64,000 nt of DNA from Verrucomicrobiota bacterium (GTDB lineage Bacteria; Verrucomicrobiota; Verrucomicrobiia; Limisphaerales; J093). The translations under genes were made by a program, and so were the position numbers. The notes under the pieces are model-generated. The model was not told where the DNA came from, did not search any database, and saw nothing but the letters and a program-made list of their open reading frames with translations. The DNA lies in NCBI GenBank assembly GCA_016716505.1, contig JADJWF010000003.1, positions 400,674 through 464,673 on the forward strand, given 5' to 3'. Below, piece by piece: positions 8,872 to 18,749 of this stretch; positions within the stretch are counted from its first letter, which is position 1, and the number at the start of each line of letters is the position of its first letter.

Positions 8872-11313
8872 ATGAGCCCGCTCGCGCCCCCGTTGCGACC
8901 GCCGCGCCCCGGCGACCGAAAGCACCGGGCCGCCGCCGGGCGAGCGGTGGTATCGCTCGCGTTATCCGGTTTCGCCGCCACCTGCACGGCCGAGGTGGAC
9001 ATCTCGAAACTTCCTCCCCCGGCCGACGGGCCGGTGGACTTTGCCCGCGACGTCCGGCCCATCCTGGAAAACGCCTGCTTGCGCTGCCACGGACCGGAGC
9101 GCCCCAAAAGCGGCTACCGCCTCGACAACCGCGCCGACGCCCTCAAGGGCGGCGCAATCGGCACGGCGATCATCCCGGGAGACAGCAGCAAAAGCCCGCT
9201 CATCCACTACGTCGCCCGCCTGATCGAAGACCTCGAAATGCCGCCGGTCGGCAAGGGGGAGCCCTTAACCTCTGAACAGGTCGCTCTGCTCCGCGCCTGG
9301 GTGGATCAAGGTGCCCCCTACTCCGCCGATGCCGAGACCGCGCCGCGACTTTCGCTCCTGACCGCGTCCCCGGTCGTGGGTTGGGTGGGCATCACGGGAA
9401 ACGAGCGGAAGTTTCGCGAGCACAACTGGATTACGGACGGCTTCGCCGGCGGGCTGCAAGAGTTCACGTGGCGGGAAACGCTCCCGGACGGCACTCTTTT
9501 CAAAGCCGACGGCCGCGCCCTGGGCGGCAACGAGGACTACCGCCTGCGGCTGTCGCTGGAGCGCCCCGGTCAGGGGTTCGTACGCGCTGGCTTCACCCAA
9601 TTTCGCCGCTGGTATGACGACGCGGGCGGATGGTATGCGCCGTTTACCACGTCGCCCTTCCGCCTCGGCGAGGACCTGTACACCGACACCACGCGCGCGT
9701 GGTTCGACGTCGGCCTCGATCGGCCGGGCTGGCCCCGGCTGCAAGTGGGTTACGAGTACCAACAGCGCGACGGTACCAAGGCCATCACGCAGTGGGGACC
9801 GGTCTCCGATTTCGCCACGGGCGAGACCAAAGCAATCTACCCGGCGGCGAAGTCCTTCGACGAAACCGTCCACCTTATCAAAGCCGACCTGGCGCACACG
9901 CTTCTGGGCGTGCGGGTCGAGGACAGTTTTCAACTCGAGTTCTACGACCGTACCAGCAACCGCCGGGTTGCCGACGCTGCCTCCGCCAGCGACAGCGGAC
10001 CCGACGTGATCACGCGATTCCAGGACGCGGCCGACCACCGCCGACTGGCAAACACCTTCCGCCTCGAGCGGTTGGTGCGGGAAGGCGTTTTGCTCACCGG
10101 CGGCTATCGGTATGCGGACCTCGACGGCGGCGCGGGGTTCAGCATGGAAACCTTCCTGCCGAGCGATCCGGCGCTGGGCCCGTTCGTTGGCGACGTCGCA
10201 ACCGACATCGTTCTCCGGCAGCAATCGCACGTGGCCAACGGCAACGCGCAACTGGGGCCGTGGGCGAACTTCACCCTGACCGCGGGCGCGCAGGCGGAGT
10301 GGCTCCGCCAACAGGGTTTCGGCCGGGCCACCATCAGCGGTTTCGCCAGCCCGTTCGAATCGAGTCTCGATCGGCAAACCGTTCAAGAGCTGGCCACGCT
10401 CCGCTACACCGGCCTGCCGTTCACGGTCGTGTACGCCGAAGCCCGCCTCGAACAACAGGCCATCGGCCAGTTCGAGGACCGGAGGATTGACGACGGCTTC
10501 GACGACGACCGCGATTTCTTGCGCGACACGGACGCCACCGTGGATGGCTTCGACGCGCGAGCCGGCATCACTATCTCGCCGTGGCAGCGCGTGGCCCTTT
10601 CGGCCGGATACCGTTACCGCGAACGGTCGGTGGACTACGACCACCGTGCCGACACCGACGGGTCACTAACCCCCGGCAACGGCTATCCGGCGTTCATCCG
10701 CGCCCACGACTTCACCGGCGAGGAGATGGAAGCCAGACTCGTCTTCCGCGCCAACCGCTGGCTCAAGACGACGCTCAAGTTCCAGGTCGTTGCGTCCGAG
10801 TCTTACACGGACACCCCATCCGTCATCGCTCAAGGCACCGGCGATGTCTTTACGGGGGGCCGCTGGCAATCGGGCAACTACGACGCGCACGTCATCAGCT
10901 TCAGCGCAACCGTGGCCCCGTGGCGGCGGCTGGTGCTCACGCCGCTGGTCTCCTATGCGCCCTCGCGCTTGTCCACCGCCGGCGCCGAAGCCGTCGGTTT
11001 GCCGGAATACGCCGGCGACATCGTCTCGGTGATTTGCGGTGCGTCGTTCGTCCTCGATTCGCGAACCGATCTGACCGCGAGCTACGGCTTCTCGACGGCC
11101 GACTTCGCCCGGGCGGCGAGCACGGACTACCTGCCGCTGGGCATCGAGTATGACCGCCACGCGTTGACCGCCGGGTTGCGCCGGAGGTTCACCGACCGCG
11201 TCAGCGGGACGTTGGACTACGGGTTCTTCGCCTACTCCGAGCCGATTTCCGGCGGCGCGGCGGATTACACCGCCCACGGCGTCTTCGCAGGCGTGTCGGT
11301 TCGGTTCAAGTAA
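8872..11313 (+). CDS. planctomycete-type cytochrome c domain (PSCyt1-like) fused to a large predicted outer-membrane beta-barrel
   Basis: 813-aa ORF starting 10 nt after the cytochrome gene. The N-terminus FARDVRPILENACLRCHGPERPKSGYRLDN...SPLIHYV...MPP matches the PSCyt1 pattern. The remaining ~650 aa have no further Cys and show alternating polar/hydrophobic strand periodicity rich in Y/W/F/R/D/G. The ending LDYGFFAYSE...GVFAGVSVRFK is OMP-like. Confidence 0.75.
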   Translation: MSPLAPPLRPPRPGDRKHRAAAGRAVVSLALSGFAATCTAEVDISKLPPPADGPVDFARDVRPILENACLRCHGPERPKSGYRLDNRADALKGGAIGTAIIPGDSSKSPLIHYVARLIEDLEMPPVGKGEPLTSEQVALLRAWVDQGAPYSADAETAPRLSLLTASPVVGWVGITGNERKFREHNWITDGFAGGLQEFTWRETLPDGTLFKADGRALGGNEDYRLRLSLERPGQGFVRAGFTQFRRWYDDAGGWYAPFTTSPFRLGEDLYTDTTRAWFDVGLDRPGWPRLQVGYEYQQRDGTKAITQWGPVSDFATGETKAIYPAAKSFDETVHLIKADLAHTLLGVRVEDSFQLEFYDRTSNRRVADAASASDSGPDVITRFQDAADHRRLANTFRLERLVREGVLLTGGYRYADLDGGAGFSMETFLPSDPALGPFVGDVATDIVLRQQSHVANGNAQLGPWANFTLTAGAQAEWLRQQGFGRATISGFASPFESSLDRQTVQELATLRYTGLPFTVVYAEARLEQQAIGQFEDRRIDDGFDDDRDFLRDTDATVDGFDARAGITISPWQRVALSAGYRYRERSVDYDHRADTDGSLTPGNGYPAFIRAHDFTGEEMEARLVFRANRWLKTTLKFQVVASESYTDTPSVIAQGTGDVFTGGRWQSGNYDAHVISFSATVAPWRRLVLTPLVSYAPSRLSTAGAEAVGLPEYAGDIVSVICGASFVLDSRTDLTASYGFSTADFARAASTDYLPLGIEYDRHALTAGLRRRFTDRVSGTLDYGFFAYSEPISGGAADYTAHGVFAGVSVRFK

Positions 11314-11396
11314 GCCCGCCTGACCTGGCACCCGGGCGGCGCCGGCCGCACTCGCTGGTCGGCGGATTGCCAGGCCGGCTCACCCCCTGCGCCGTT

Positions 11397-14300
11397 CTAT
11401 CGCATCGGATTCACCCGCCACACCCGAACCGCATCCTGCGCACAGGTCAGCAGCGATTCATCGGCGAGGAACTCAAGGGAGAAGATGGGTTGCGAGTGAG
11501 CGGCATAGGTGAAGACCTCGCGGCCGGTCACCACATCCCACATCACGACCGCGCCATCCAGGGCTCCGGCGACGATGCGCCGATGGTCCGGACTCCATAC
11601 CGCCGAGTTCAGATTCCGAACCCCGCTCGACAACTCAGACAGGAGACGCCCATCGGTGAGACTCCAAATCCGCGCTCGCCCATCCTGGCCAACGGTTAGC
11701 AGGCGCTCCTCGTCCGCCGTAAATTCGACCGCCGGGAACTGGGCGTGCTGGATCGCGAACGGCAATTCCCGTCCGTCCGCCGTGGCGAACAGTTGCACCC
11801 GCCCCGTCGTGTCCACCGAGAAGGCGAAGCGGGTTGATGGGGAAAGCCCCGAGTAGTAGGGCTGGTTGGCGACCGCGAACCGCAGCCGCCATGGATCCGT
11901 CTCCCAGAGGCGAAGCCCGTTCACCAAATCCGCCGCCAAGACCACTGACCCGTCCGGGCTCGGCGTGACGCCGGCGACGGTCGGTCCACGCAGGCGTCGG
12001 TGCAGGTCCTCGGTGACGCGCCGTTCCCGCCCGGTCAACAGTTCCCGCACCGCGAGGCCGTTCTCATATTCCAGTGCCGCCGCCCACACGCTGCCCCGAC
12101 CGTCGGCGTTGGCCCCAATGCTCAAGCGGTTCGTAGCCCCGGACCACTCGGCCACGAGCGTGCCTTCCGGGATGCGCCACAACCGCACGTCGAACTCCGG
12201 GCTCGCCGTCAAGACGTGGCGGCCATCCCTGACGCTGAACGCGTAACTCGTAGTCCCGCTCACTACCGGAATGGCCGGCAGCACCTCGCGGGGTTCGCGG
12301 TGCCACACCTGGATCAGACCGTCCAGCGCCCCGCTAATCACGGTCTGGTGATCAGGCAGGAAGGCCGCCATGACCAGCAACGCGCCCCCGGTGCGCAGCC
12401 GAACCGGCGGGCCATCACTCGCGAGGTCGGTGATCTGCACGAACGGATCACGGCCCACGGTCACCACGCGACGTCCATCGGCGGACAACGCCGCGCACAT
12501 CACGAGGTCCGCGTGGCCTTCGATCACCCGTTCGCACCGGCCGGTCGTCACATTCCACACCCGCGCGGTGCCATCCCCTCCCGCGCTCACCAAACGCGCG
12601 CCGTCGGCGGAAAACTCGAGCCACTGCACCGCTGCGCCCCACGCGGGATTGAAGTCATGCCCTTCCAGACGCGCCACCTCCCGGCCGGTGAGGGTCTCGA
12701 GCACCATGATGGTTCCGCGGTCGTCGGCGGTTGCCAGCCATCGCGCATCGGGCGACAGCACCGTGTCGCGCGTACGCCCGGCCACGGCCACCCGATGCCG
12801 GAGCCGTTCACGGCCGGACGCCAACTCGTACTCGGCATACGCGTCCCGACCGAGCATCCAGACCGATCGCCCATCCGGACTCACCGCGCCCGCGACGCGG
12901 TTGCCGGGCGTGGGAAATTCGCGCTCCAACTCCAACCGCGGCAGCCGGAAGACCTGCGCGAAGTGGTTGGTTTCATCGTCGCCACGCCGGCCCACGACCA
13001 GCCGCGTGGCATCCGGGGATACGGCAAACAGCGGCAAACTCCCCTGCCCGGTGTCGAGCGACGCGACCGGCTGGCGGGCCACCAAATCCCAAACTTTGAT
13101 ATTGCCGCCCACATCCGAGGAAACCAGCCACTTGCCGTCCGCCACCACGCGAAAAAAGCCGACCGCGCTTCGATGACCCGCCAGGTGATATTGCTCGTCA
13201 CTGCGGCTGGCCTCCCAGAGGAATCGCCACTCCCAGCCACGCAGATCCGGTCCGTTCTTCGGCGCGGCATAACGAGAGAGGATCGCGCGCACCTGCGACT
13301 GATTGCCGGCAGCGAACGCCTGCGACGCCAGTTGCATATCGGCCGCGTAGAGATTGCTGCGGGTGGTCAGGTCGCTGGCTTCGGCCAGGGCCCGTGCTTG
13401 TTCGATGCGAAATGCAGCCACGGTCGAAATGACCGCGACCGCCGCCAGCAACAGGGCGGTCGCGGCCCCCAGCGCCGCGATGGCCGGGTGGCGACGCCGC
13501 CACTTCAGCACCCGCTCGATGGGGCCCGCCGGCCGGGCGCGAATGGGTTCGTCGGCGAGAAACCGGCCGAGATCTTCGGCAACTTCCTTGACCGTCTGGT
13601 AGCGCCGCGCGGGCTGTTTCTCGAGGCACTTGAGGCAGATGGTTTCCAGTTCCTCCGGCACGCCGGGCCGCAGAAGCCGCGGACGGACGGGATCCATCGT
13701 CTTGACGGCTTCAATCGTGTCCTCCGGCGTTTCCCCGCGAAACGGGGGCCGGTCCGTCAGCAAATAGTAGAGGATGGCTCCGACGCCAAAGACATCGGTG
13801 CGCACATCCGGCTCACCAAACCGGGCCGAAGCCTGCTCGGGCGCCATGTAGTTCGGCGTGCCCGCGCCGAGCGTGGGATCCTGACGGGACGCCTGATCCA
13901 CCCGCCGCGCGAGACCGAAGTCCGTGATCTGCGGTTCCCCGTACTCGTCAATCACCACATTCGCCGGCTTGAGATCGTGGTGCATCACGCCCCGACCGTG
14001 CGCGTAGGCGACCGCCTCGGCGATCTTTCGGGCCAGTTGAGCCACCGCCTGGGCGGGCAAAACCCGGGACCGGGAGTACCGGCCGAGATCCTGCCCGGCG
14101 ACATACTCCATCGAGAAGAACACCCTTCCTTCGGCGCGCCCCACCTCAAAGACGGCGACGATATTTGGGTGATCCAGGCTGCCGGCGACCTGGGCCTCCT
14201 CGATCAGACTGGCATCCAGGTCGTCTCCCGGCCGATTGGCGGTGTGGAGCATCTTGAGCGCGCACAACCGGTTCATGCAGCACTGACGCGCCTTGTAGAT

Positions 14301-14411
14301 CACCCCCATCCCGCCGCGCCCAATTTCCTCCAGCAACTCATAGTCACCGAACTGCCGCGGCAGCGACAGCGGTTCAGTCGGCGGCGGTGGGTGGGACGGA
14401 GTCGCTGACAT
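11397..14411 (-). CDS. Ser/Thr protein kinase - TM helix - WD40 beta-propeller sensor (1004 aa)
   Basis: Hanks kinase motifs GRGGMGVIYKA, HHDLKPANV, DFGLAR and GTPNYMAPE. TM segment AIAALGAATALLLAAVAVISTV. More than 12 WD40-like blades follow (GH...D......WD repeats). Confidence 0.9.
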   Translation of the reverse strand: MSATPSHPPPPTEPLSLPRQFGDYELLEEIGRGGMGVIYKARQCCMNRLCALKMLHTANRPGDDLDASLIEEAQVAGSLDHPNIVAVFEVGRAEGRVFFSMEYVAGQDLGRYSRSRVLPAQAVAQLARKIAEAVAYAHGRGVMHHDLKPANVVIDEYGEPQITDFGLARRVDQASRQDPTLGAGTPNYMAPEQASARFGEPDVRTDVFGVGAILYYLLTDRPPFRGETPEDTIEAVKTMDPVRPRLLRPGVPEELETICLKCLEKQPARRYQTVKEVAEDLGRFLADEPIRARPAGPIERVLKWRRRHPAIAALGAATALLLAAVAVISTVAAFRIEQARALAEASDLTTRSNLYAADMQLASQAFAAGNQSQVRAILSRYAAPKNGPDLRGWEWRFLWEASRSDEQYHLAGHRSAVGFFRVVADGKWLVSSDVGGNIKVWDLVARQPVASLDTGQGSLPLFAVSPDATRLVVGRRGDDETNHFAQVFRLPRLELEREFPTPGNRVAGAVSPDGRSVWMLGRDAYAEYELASGRERLRHRVAVAGRTRDTVLSPDARWLATADDRGTIMVLETLTGREVARLEGHDFNPAWGAAVQWLEFSADGARLVSAGGDGTARVWNVTTGRCERVIEGHADLVMCAALSADGRRVVTVGRDPFVQITDLASDGPPVRLRTGGALLVMAAFLPDHQTVISGALDGLIQVWHREPREVLPAIPVVSGTTSYAFSVRDGRHVLTASPEFDVRLWRIPEGTLVAEWSGATNRLSIGANADGRGSVWAAALEYENGLAVRELLTGRERRVTEDLHRRLRGPTVAGVTPSPDGSVVLAADLVNGLRLWETDPWRLRFAVANQPYYSGLSPSTRFAFSVDTTGRVQLFATADGRELPFAIQHAQFPAVEFTADEERLLTVGQDGRARIWSLTDGRLLSELSSGVRNLNSAVWSPDHRRIVAGALDGAVVMWDVVTGREVFTYAAHSQPIFSLEFLADESLLTCAQDAVRVWRVNPMR

Positions 14412-14511
14412 AAGAGCGGAGAATCAGTCGGTTCGCATCGGATGGATGGCCAAAACCGGAGTCGTTTTCGCCGCTCGATCCCGAGGGCCACAGCCCCTGC
14501 CGGCGCCGGCG

Positions 14512-15160
14512 TCAACCTTCGAGCAGGGCGCGCAGCCGACCCGCGTCGCCGCTGATGAGCACCTCGGGCGCCAAACGCAGGCCGGGGAAAACCCGGCTGT
14601 GAAAGACTCCGTGCCCGTCAGGTGCCAGCCGGCGGTAGTCGTCACCGTCGAGGTAGAACCAGTCCAACTGCTGTTCGGAAACCCGCCAGACGACATACTC
14701 TTGAACGCCGTTGCGGCAGTACGCCCGGAGCTTGTCTCGCAAATCTATGGAGGCGGAACTGGCAGCCACCTCCACCACCAACTCCGGCGGTCCCGCGAGG
14801 TAACCCTCTGGCGTGAGCCGCGTCGCCCCGCCGTGCTCCGGCAGGCGCCGCAAGATCGCGTCGGGCTGGACTGTGTTGTCGGCGTCGAGCACGAGGGTGG
14901 CGTTGGGTAGCCATTCCAGCCCGGTCTGGCGACTGGCATAAACCCAACCACAACTGAAACATCCCGTCCGGTTTCGCATGACGCACACTCACGGGTGAAC
15001 CCATATACACGACTCCCTCAATCAGTTCGGCCTTCTTGACCTGCGGCATTCGCTCGTACCGGCGCAAAAACTCGCGCGAGTGCAGGCGTTCGCCGTTTTC
15101 CAGCGGCAGCGGCGGCGCGGAATCGCGCGCTTCATTCACCTGTGCTTCAACAGCCAGCAT
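14512..15160 (-). pseudogene. Uma2-family (DUF820) endonuclease, frameshifted
   Basis: The N-terminal half sits in ORF 14642..15160 ([42 protein letters not shown]...LWLG). The C-terminal half sits in ORF 14512..14988 ([28 protein letters not shown]...[35 protein letters not shown]). The frames meet at an A3 run at 14940-14942. Removing one base gives ...[16 protein letters not shown]... Confidence 0.7.
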
Positions 15161-15268
15161 GACCTTAACTTAGGCGATCAAGCTGCGTCGCGGCAAGGCG
15201 CAATCGGCTGCGCCGCCCGGCCGGACCGCCGCTTCCGCTCGAGGATGGCCGCCGCTTGCGGGGTCGGC

Positions 15269-18232
15269 TCATGACGTGCCAAACACCTGGCGGTACACGC
15301 GACGCAGGTTCTCACGGTACCGCGCGACCGCGCTAAGGAAGTCGTCGGGATTGGTGAAACCGCAGCGAATCGCGACGCGGTACAGGGGCGCCGGGTCGTC
15401 CGGCAACTCCGTCTCGCCTTCATAACTCCACCGCCGCAGGACGCCCTCGACTCGCCGCAGCCGGCGATAGTTCTCGGTCACCGCCTTGGCGTCGTCCGCG
15501 GACAAGGCACCCTCCGCGCCGGCGCGCATCAGTGCCTTGAGCGTGTTCGGCTCCCGCCAGCCGTGTTCCAGACAAAAGGTCTGCGCGATGAACTCGGCGT
15601 CCATCAACCCGCCAGCTCCGGTCTTGATCGCCAGGGCCTCCTTGCCCGGTGGCGTTCGCTCTTTTTCCACTCGCGCCCGCATCCTGGCAATCTCCGCCCG
15701 CCAGTCCGGAGCCTGACCGGCCCGCGCCGCGGAGGCGGGCGCGCTGAAGTTGCAAAGCCGGGCGGCCATTTCTTCAAAGCGCCGCCCGACGTCGGGGTTG
15801 CCGGCGATGGCGCGACACCGGGACAGGGCCTGAATCTCCCAGAGCCAGGCACGCTGGCGGTAGTAATCCTCGAAGGCCCGCAGCGTATTCACGAGCAATC
15901 CCTTCTCGCCATCCGGCCGCAGCCGTGGATCCACCTCGAACGCGACGCCGTACTCGGTCTGACTCCCGACCAGGTCCATGACGGTGACCGCCACTTTTTG
16001 CAGCGCTGGCAGGTTCCGGACCTTGTCGTCGGCTACGAAAACGACGTCCAAGTCGGAACCGTAGTTGAGCTCGGCGCCGCCCAGTTTCCCCAGCCCGATG
16101 ATCGCGATCGGTGAGGTCTTGAGCTTGTGCTGGCGCAGGGCGACTTCGAGCGCGTACTGGAGGCAGGCTTCACCGAGCGCGGACAGCTCCAGGAGATTTT
16201 GCTCGAAATCCGCGAGACCCAGAATTTCACGCAGCCCGATGCGCATCAGCTCGGTCTGGTGGTACCGGCGCAACCAGAGACGCTGGTCCTCATCCGCCGC
16301 GCCGTAGCGCAGGTCGCGCAACGTGATCGCTGCGTCCTTCGTCCGGAGCAGGTGCCCGGTTTGTTCGAGTTCATCCACCATGTCCGGGGTGCGGATGGCC
16401 GTCTCGGCCAGAAACTCCGAGCGGTCGAAGAGCAGCACCAGCAGTTCGAACAAAGTCGGTTTGCTCCGCCACGAGTCGAGCAGCAGTGCCCGGCTCCCGT
16501 AGGCGCTGATGAACGTGTCCAGCCGCGCCAGCACGCGGTCGGGATCGGACAGCAAGCGGGAGGTGGGATTGCCGTCCGGGTACTCGGCGACGGTCCACGG
16601 CGGCGGGCCGTCGCGCCGGGGACACATCGCCAGCAGCCTCGCCAACAGCTCGCGGGCCGCAGCCTCGGTTCGGGGCGCCTGGTGCCCGAACCCGGGGCCG
16701 AGCACAAATGCGCGGGCCAGCCGCAAGGCGTGGGCTGGATCGCGGAACTTGTGATTCGCCAGACGCTCCAGCCACTCGCGGTCATCCGTGCCAAACGGGG
16801 GGACCAATTCAGCTCCCGCTTCCACCTTGAGTGCGATGGTCTCATCATAGACCGCGCGAACCCGGCGCCGATGCCTGGCCAGCTCGTCCTCGAACGGCTT
16901 GAGGGTGGCGAAGCCCATCTGCCGGGCCAGCCGCAGGCGCGGTTGGCGTTCCGTTGGGAGCGTGTGGGTCTGAAGATTCTCCTCCATCTGCAGCCGGTGT
17001 TCGAGGTCTCGGAGGAAGCGATACGCTGCCGCCAGGTTTTCCGCTTCTTCGGCCTGAAGGCGCTGGTAGCGGACCAAGCGTTCCAGCGCTTCGAGCGTCC
17101 GCGGCCAGGCGAGAAATGGTTGCCGACCTGCGCCAAGCAACTGGTGCGTCTGAACGATGAATTCAATCTCGCGGATGCCGCCCCGCCCCAGCTTCACGTT
17201 GCGATCCAGGTCGCCGCTTCCGACAATCTCGTCCTCGATGCGCTGCTTCATGGCCGCGATCTCACGCAGGGCGGACTCGCTCAGGGAGCGCGGAAAGCGG
17301 AAGGACTGAATTGAATCGAGAAATTCCTCGGCCAACACCGAATCGCCCGCCACGCAGCGCGCCTTCATCAGCATCATGCGCTCCCACGTCTGCCCCCATT
17401 GGGCGTAGTAGTTCTCGTAGCTGGCCACTGACCGCGCGAGCGGCCCGGCGGGGCCATCCGGGCGCAGCCGCAGATCAATCCGATACAACATGCCGTCCGC
17501 GGTGCTGCGGCCCACTTCGGCGACAAAACTTTCCGCCAGCCGTTTGAAAAATTGGTGATTCGCGAGTCCGCGAGGCGAGTCCTGCTTGCGTGGGGGCGTT
17601 CGGAAGACGTGTCCCTCCTCGCTGTACACGAACAACACGTCCACATCCGAACTGTAGTTCAGTTCGCGCCCCCCCAACTTGCCCATGCCCAACACGCAAA
17701 ATCGGGAGGGCTTCCACGCGCCATCCGGGTCACGCTCGTAAGGCTCGCCCAGCCGCTCACCGAGCTGGGCGCGACAGACCCGGTACACGCCGTCGAGGCA
17801 GACGTCGGCGACGTCCGACAGTTCGGCGGTGATTTCGTCCACCGAGGCCAACCGTGCCAGATCCCGGGCGGCGATGCGGAGGCTTTCGCGCTGTTTGAAC
17901 TGTCGGATACGCGACAGCGCCAAATCGTACTGCCGGGCTTTGACGGACTCGCCCAGCCAGGTGGCCACCTCCCGCCGCAGGCCCGCGGCCGTTCGGGCGC
18001 TCCGGAGCGCGTCCACGTCCAGCAGCGCCGGCAACCAATCGAGCCGCTGCAACAGCCGGTCACTGAGATGGGGGGATCCACTCCACACCGCCGCCAGCAC
18101 CCGGGCTTGTTCCAGCGACGCTGCTTGAAGAGCAGCCCGGGCCTCGCTGGCTTGAAATAGCTCGAAATAGTGCCGGGCCCGCTCGGGATCAGCGCACGAC
18201 TCAAGGGCTTTCGGCCAGATCGCGGACTTCAC
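15269..18232 (-). CDS. glnE: bifunctional glutamine synthetase adenylyltransferase / adenylyl-removing enzyme
   Basis: 987-aa ORF with two nucleotidyltransferase modules (GMGKLGGRELNYSSDVDVLFV and GLGKLGGAELNYGSDLDVVFV). Each is followed by a GlnE C-terminal-type helical domain. Confidence 0.92.
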   Translation of the reverse strand: MKSAIWPKALESCADPERARHYFELFQASEARAALQAASLEQARVLAAVWSGSPHLSDRLLQRLDWLPALLDVDALRSARTAAGLRREVATWLGESVKARQYDLALSRIRQFKQRESLRIAARDLARLASVDEITAELSDVADVCLDGVYRVCRAQLGERLGEPYERDPDGAWKPSRFCVLGMGKLGGRELNYSSDVDVLFVYSEEGHVFRTPPRKQDSPRGLANHQFFKRLAESFVAEVGRSTADGMLYRIDLRLRPDGPAGPLARSVASYENYYAQWGQTWERMMLMKARCVAGDSVLAEEFLDSIQSFRFPRSLSESALREIAAMKQRIEDEIVGSGDLDRNVKLGRGGIREIEFIVQTHQLLGAGRQPFLAWPRTLEALERLVRYQRLQAEEAENLAAAYRFLRDLEHRLQMEENLQTHTLPTERQPRLRLARQMGFATLKPFEDELARHRRRVRAVYDETIALKVEAGAELVPPFGTDDREWLERLANHKFRDPAHALRLARAFVLGPGFGHQAPRTEAAARELLARLLAMCPRRDGPPPWTVAEYPDGNPTSRLLSDPDRVLARLDTFISAYGSRALLLDSWRSKPTLFELLVLLFDRSEFLAETAIRTPDMVDELEQTGHLLRTKDAAITLRDLRYGAADEDQRLWLRRYHQTELMRIGLREILGLADFEQNLLELSALGEACLQYALEVALRQHKLKTSPIAIIGLGKLGGAELNYGSDLDVVFVADDKVRNLPALQKVAVTVMDLVGSQTEYGVAFEVDPRLRPDGEKGLLVNTLRAFEDYYRQRAWLWEIQALSRCRAIAGNPDVGRRFEEMAARLCNFSAPASAARAGQAPDWRAEIARMRARVEKERTPPGKEALAIKTGAGGLMDAEFIAQTFCLEHGWREPNTLKALMRAGAEGALSADDAKAVTENYRRLRRVEGVLRRWSYEGETELPDDPAPLYRVAIRCGFTNPDDFLSAVARYRENLRRVYRQVFGTS

Positions 18233-18292
18233 GGGCCGATTACACCGGCCGGCCTCCGGCGGGGCAAATGCAAAGGCGACGGCCGCCGAAGG

Positions 18293-18712
18293 TCACTCGC
18301 CGATGATCTTCACCAGCACGCGCTTGCGCCGGCGGCCGTCGAATTCGCCGTAAAAGATCTGCTCCCAAGGGCCGAGATCGAGCTTTCCTTTGGTGATCGC
18401 CACCACCACCTCGCGCCCCATGATTTGTCGTTTGAGATGAGCGTCCGCGTTGTCTTCCCCGGTACGATTGTGGTGGTACTGCGATGTCGGCTCGTGGGGC
18501 GCCAGCTTTTCGAGCCAGACATCGTAATCGTGCAGCAGACCGTCCTCAGCATCGTTGATATAGACGCTGGCAGTGATGTGCATCGCGTTCACCAGGCAGA
18601 GTCCCTCCTGCACGCCGCTGCGCTCGACAAGGCGCTCGACCGTCGAGGTGATGTTCAGGTAGCCGCGGCGATCCGGCACGTTGAACCAGAGATGTTCGGT
18701 GAGGGATTTCAT
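18293..18712 (-). CDS. YjbQ/UPF0047 family protein (secondary thiamine-phosphate synthase-like)
   Basis: 139-aa [29 protein letters not shown]...[18 protein letters not shown]...[37 protein letters not shown], the typical YjbQ pattern. Confidence 0.9.
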   Translation of the reverse strand: MKSLTEHLWFNVPDRRGYLNITSTVERLVERSGVQEGLCLVNAMHITASVYINDAEDGLLHDYDVWLEKLAPHEPTSQYHHNRTGEDNADAHLKRQIMGREVVVAITKGKLDLGPWEQIFYGEFDGRRRKRVLVKIIGE

Positions 18713-18749
18713 CTGGCCGAAAAAGCCTCTCGCTGTTCCACCGCCCAGC

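Noticed and set aside
11314-11396. Candidate bidirectional terminator between the barrel gene and the kinase-WD40 gene (CCGCC...GGCGG).
   Set aside because: It has only a 5-bp stem, a 14-nt loop and no T/A run on either side. That is too weak to report.
12000-14408. 802-aa plus-strand ORF antisense to the kinase-WD40 gene. Similar antisense ORFs lie at 9265-10644, 16127-17314 and 30227-31882.
   Set aside because: These are shadow ORFs, expected in GC-rich DNA where stop codons are rare. Their products are Arg/Gly/Pro/Ala/His-rich with no motifs, while the opposite strand carries unmistakable kinase, barrel, GlnE and adhesin domains.
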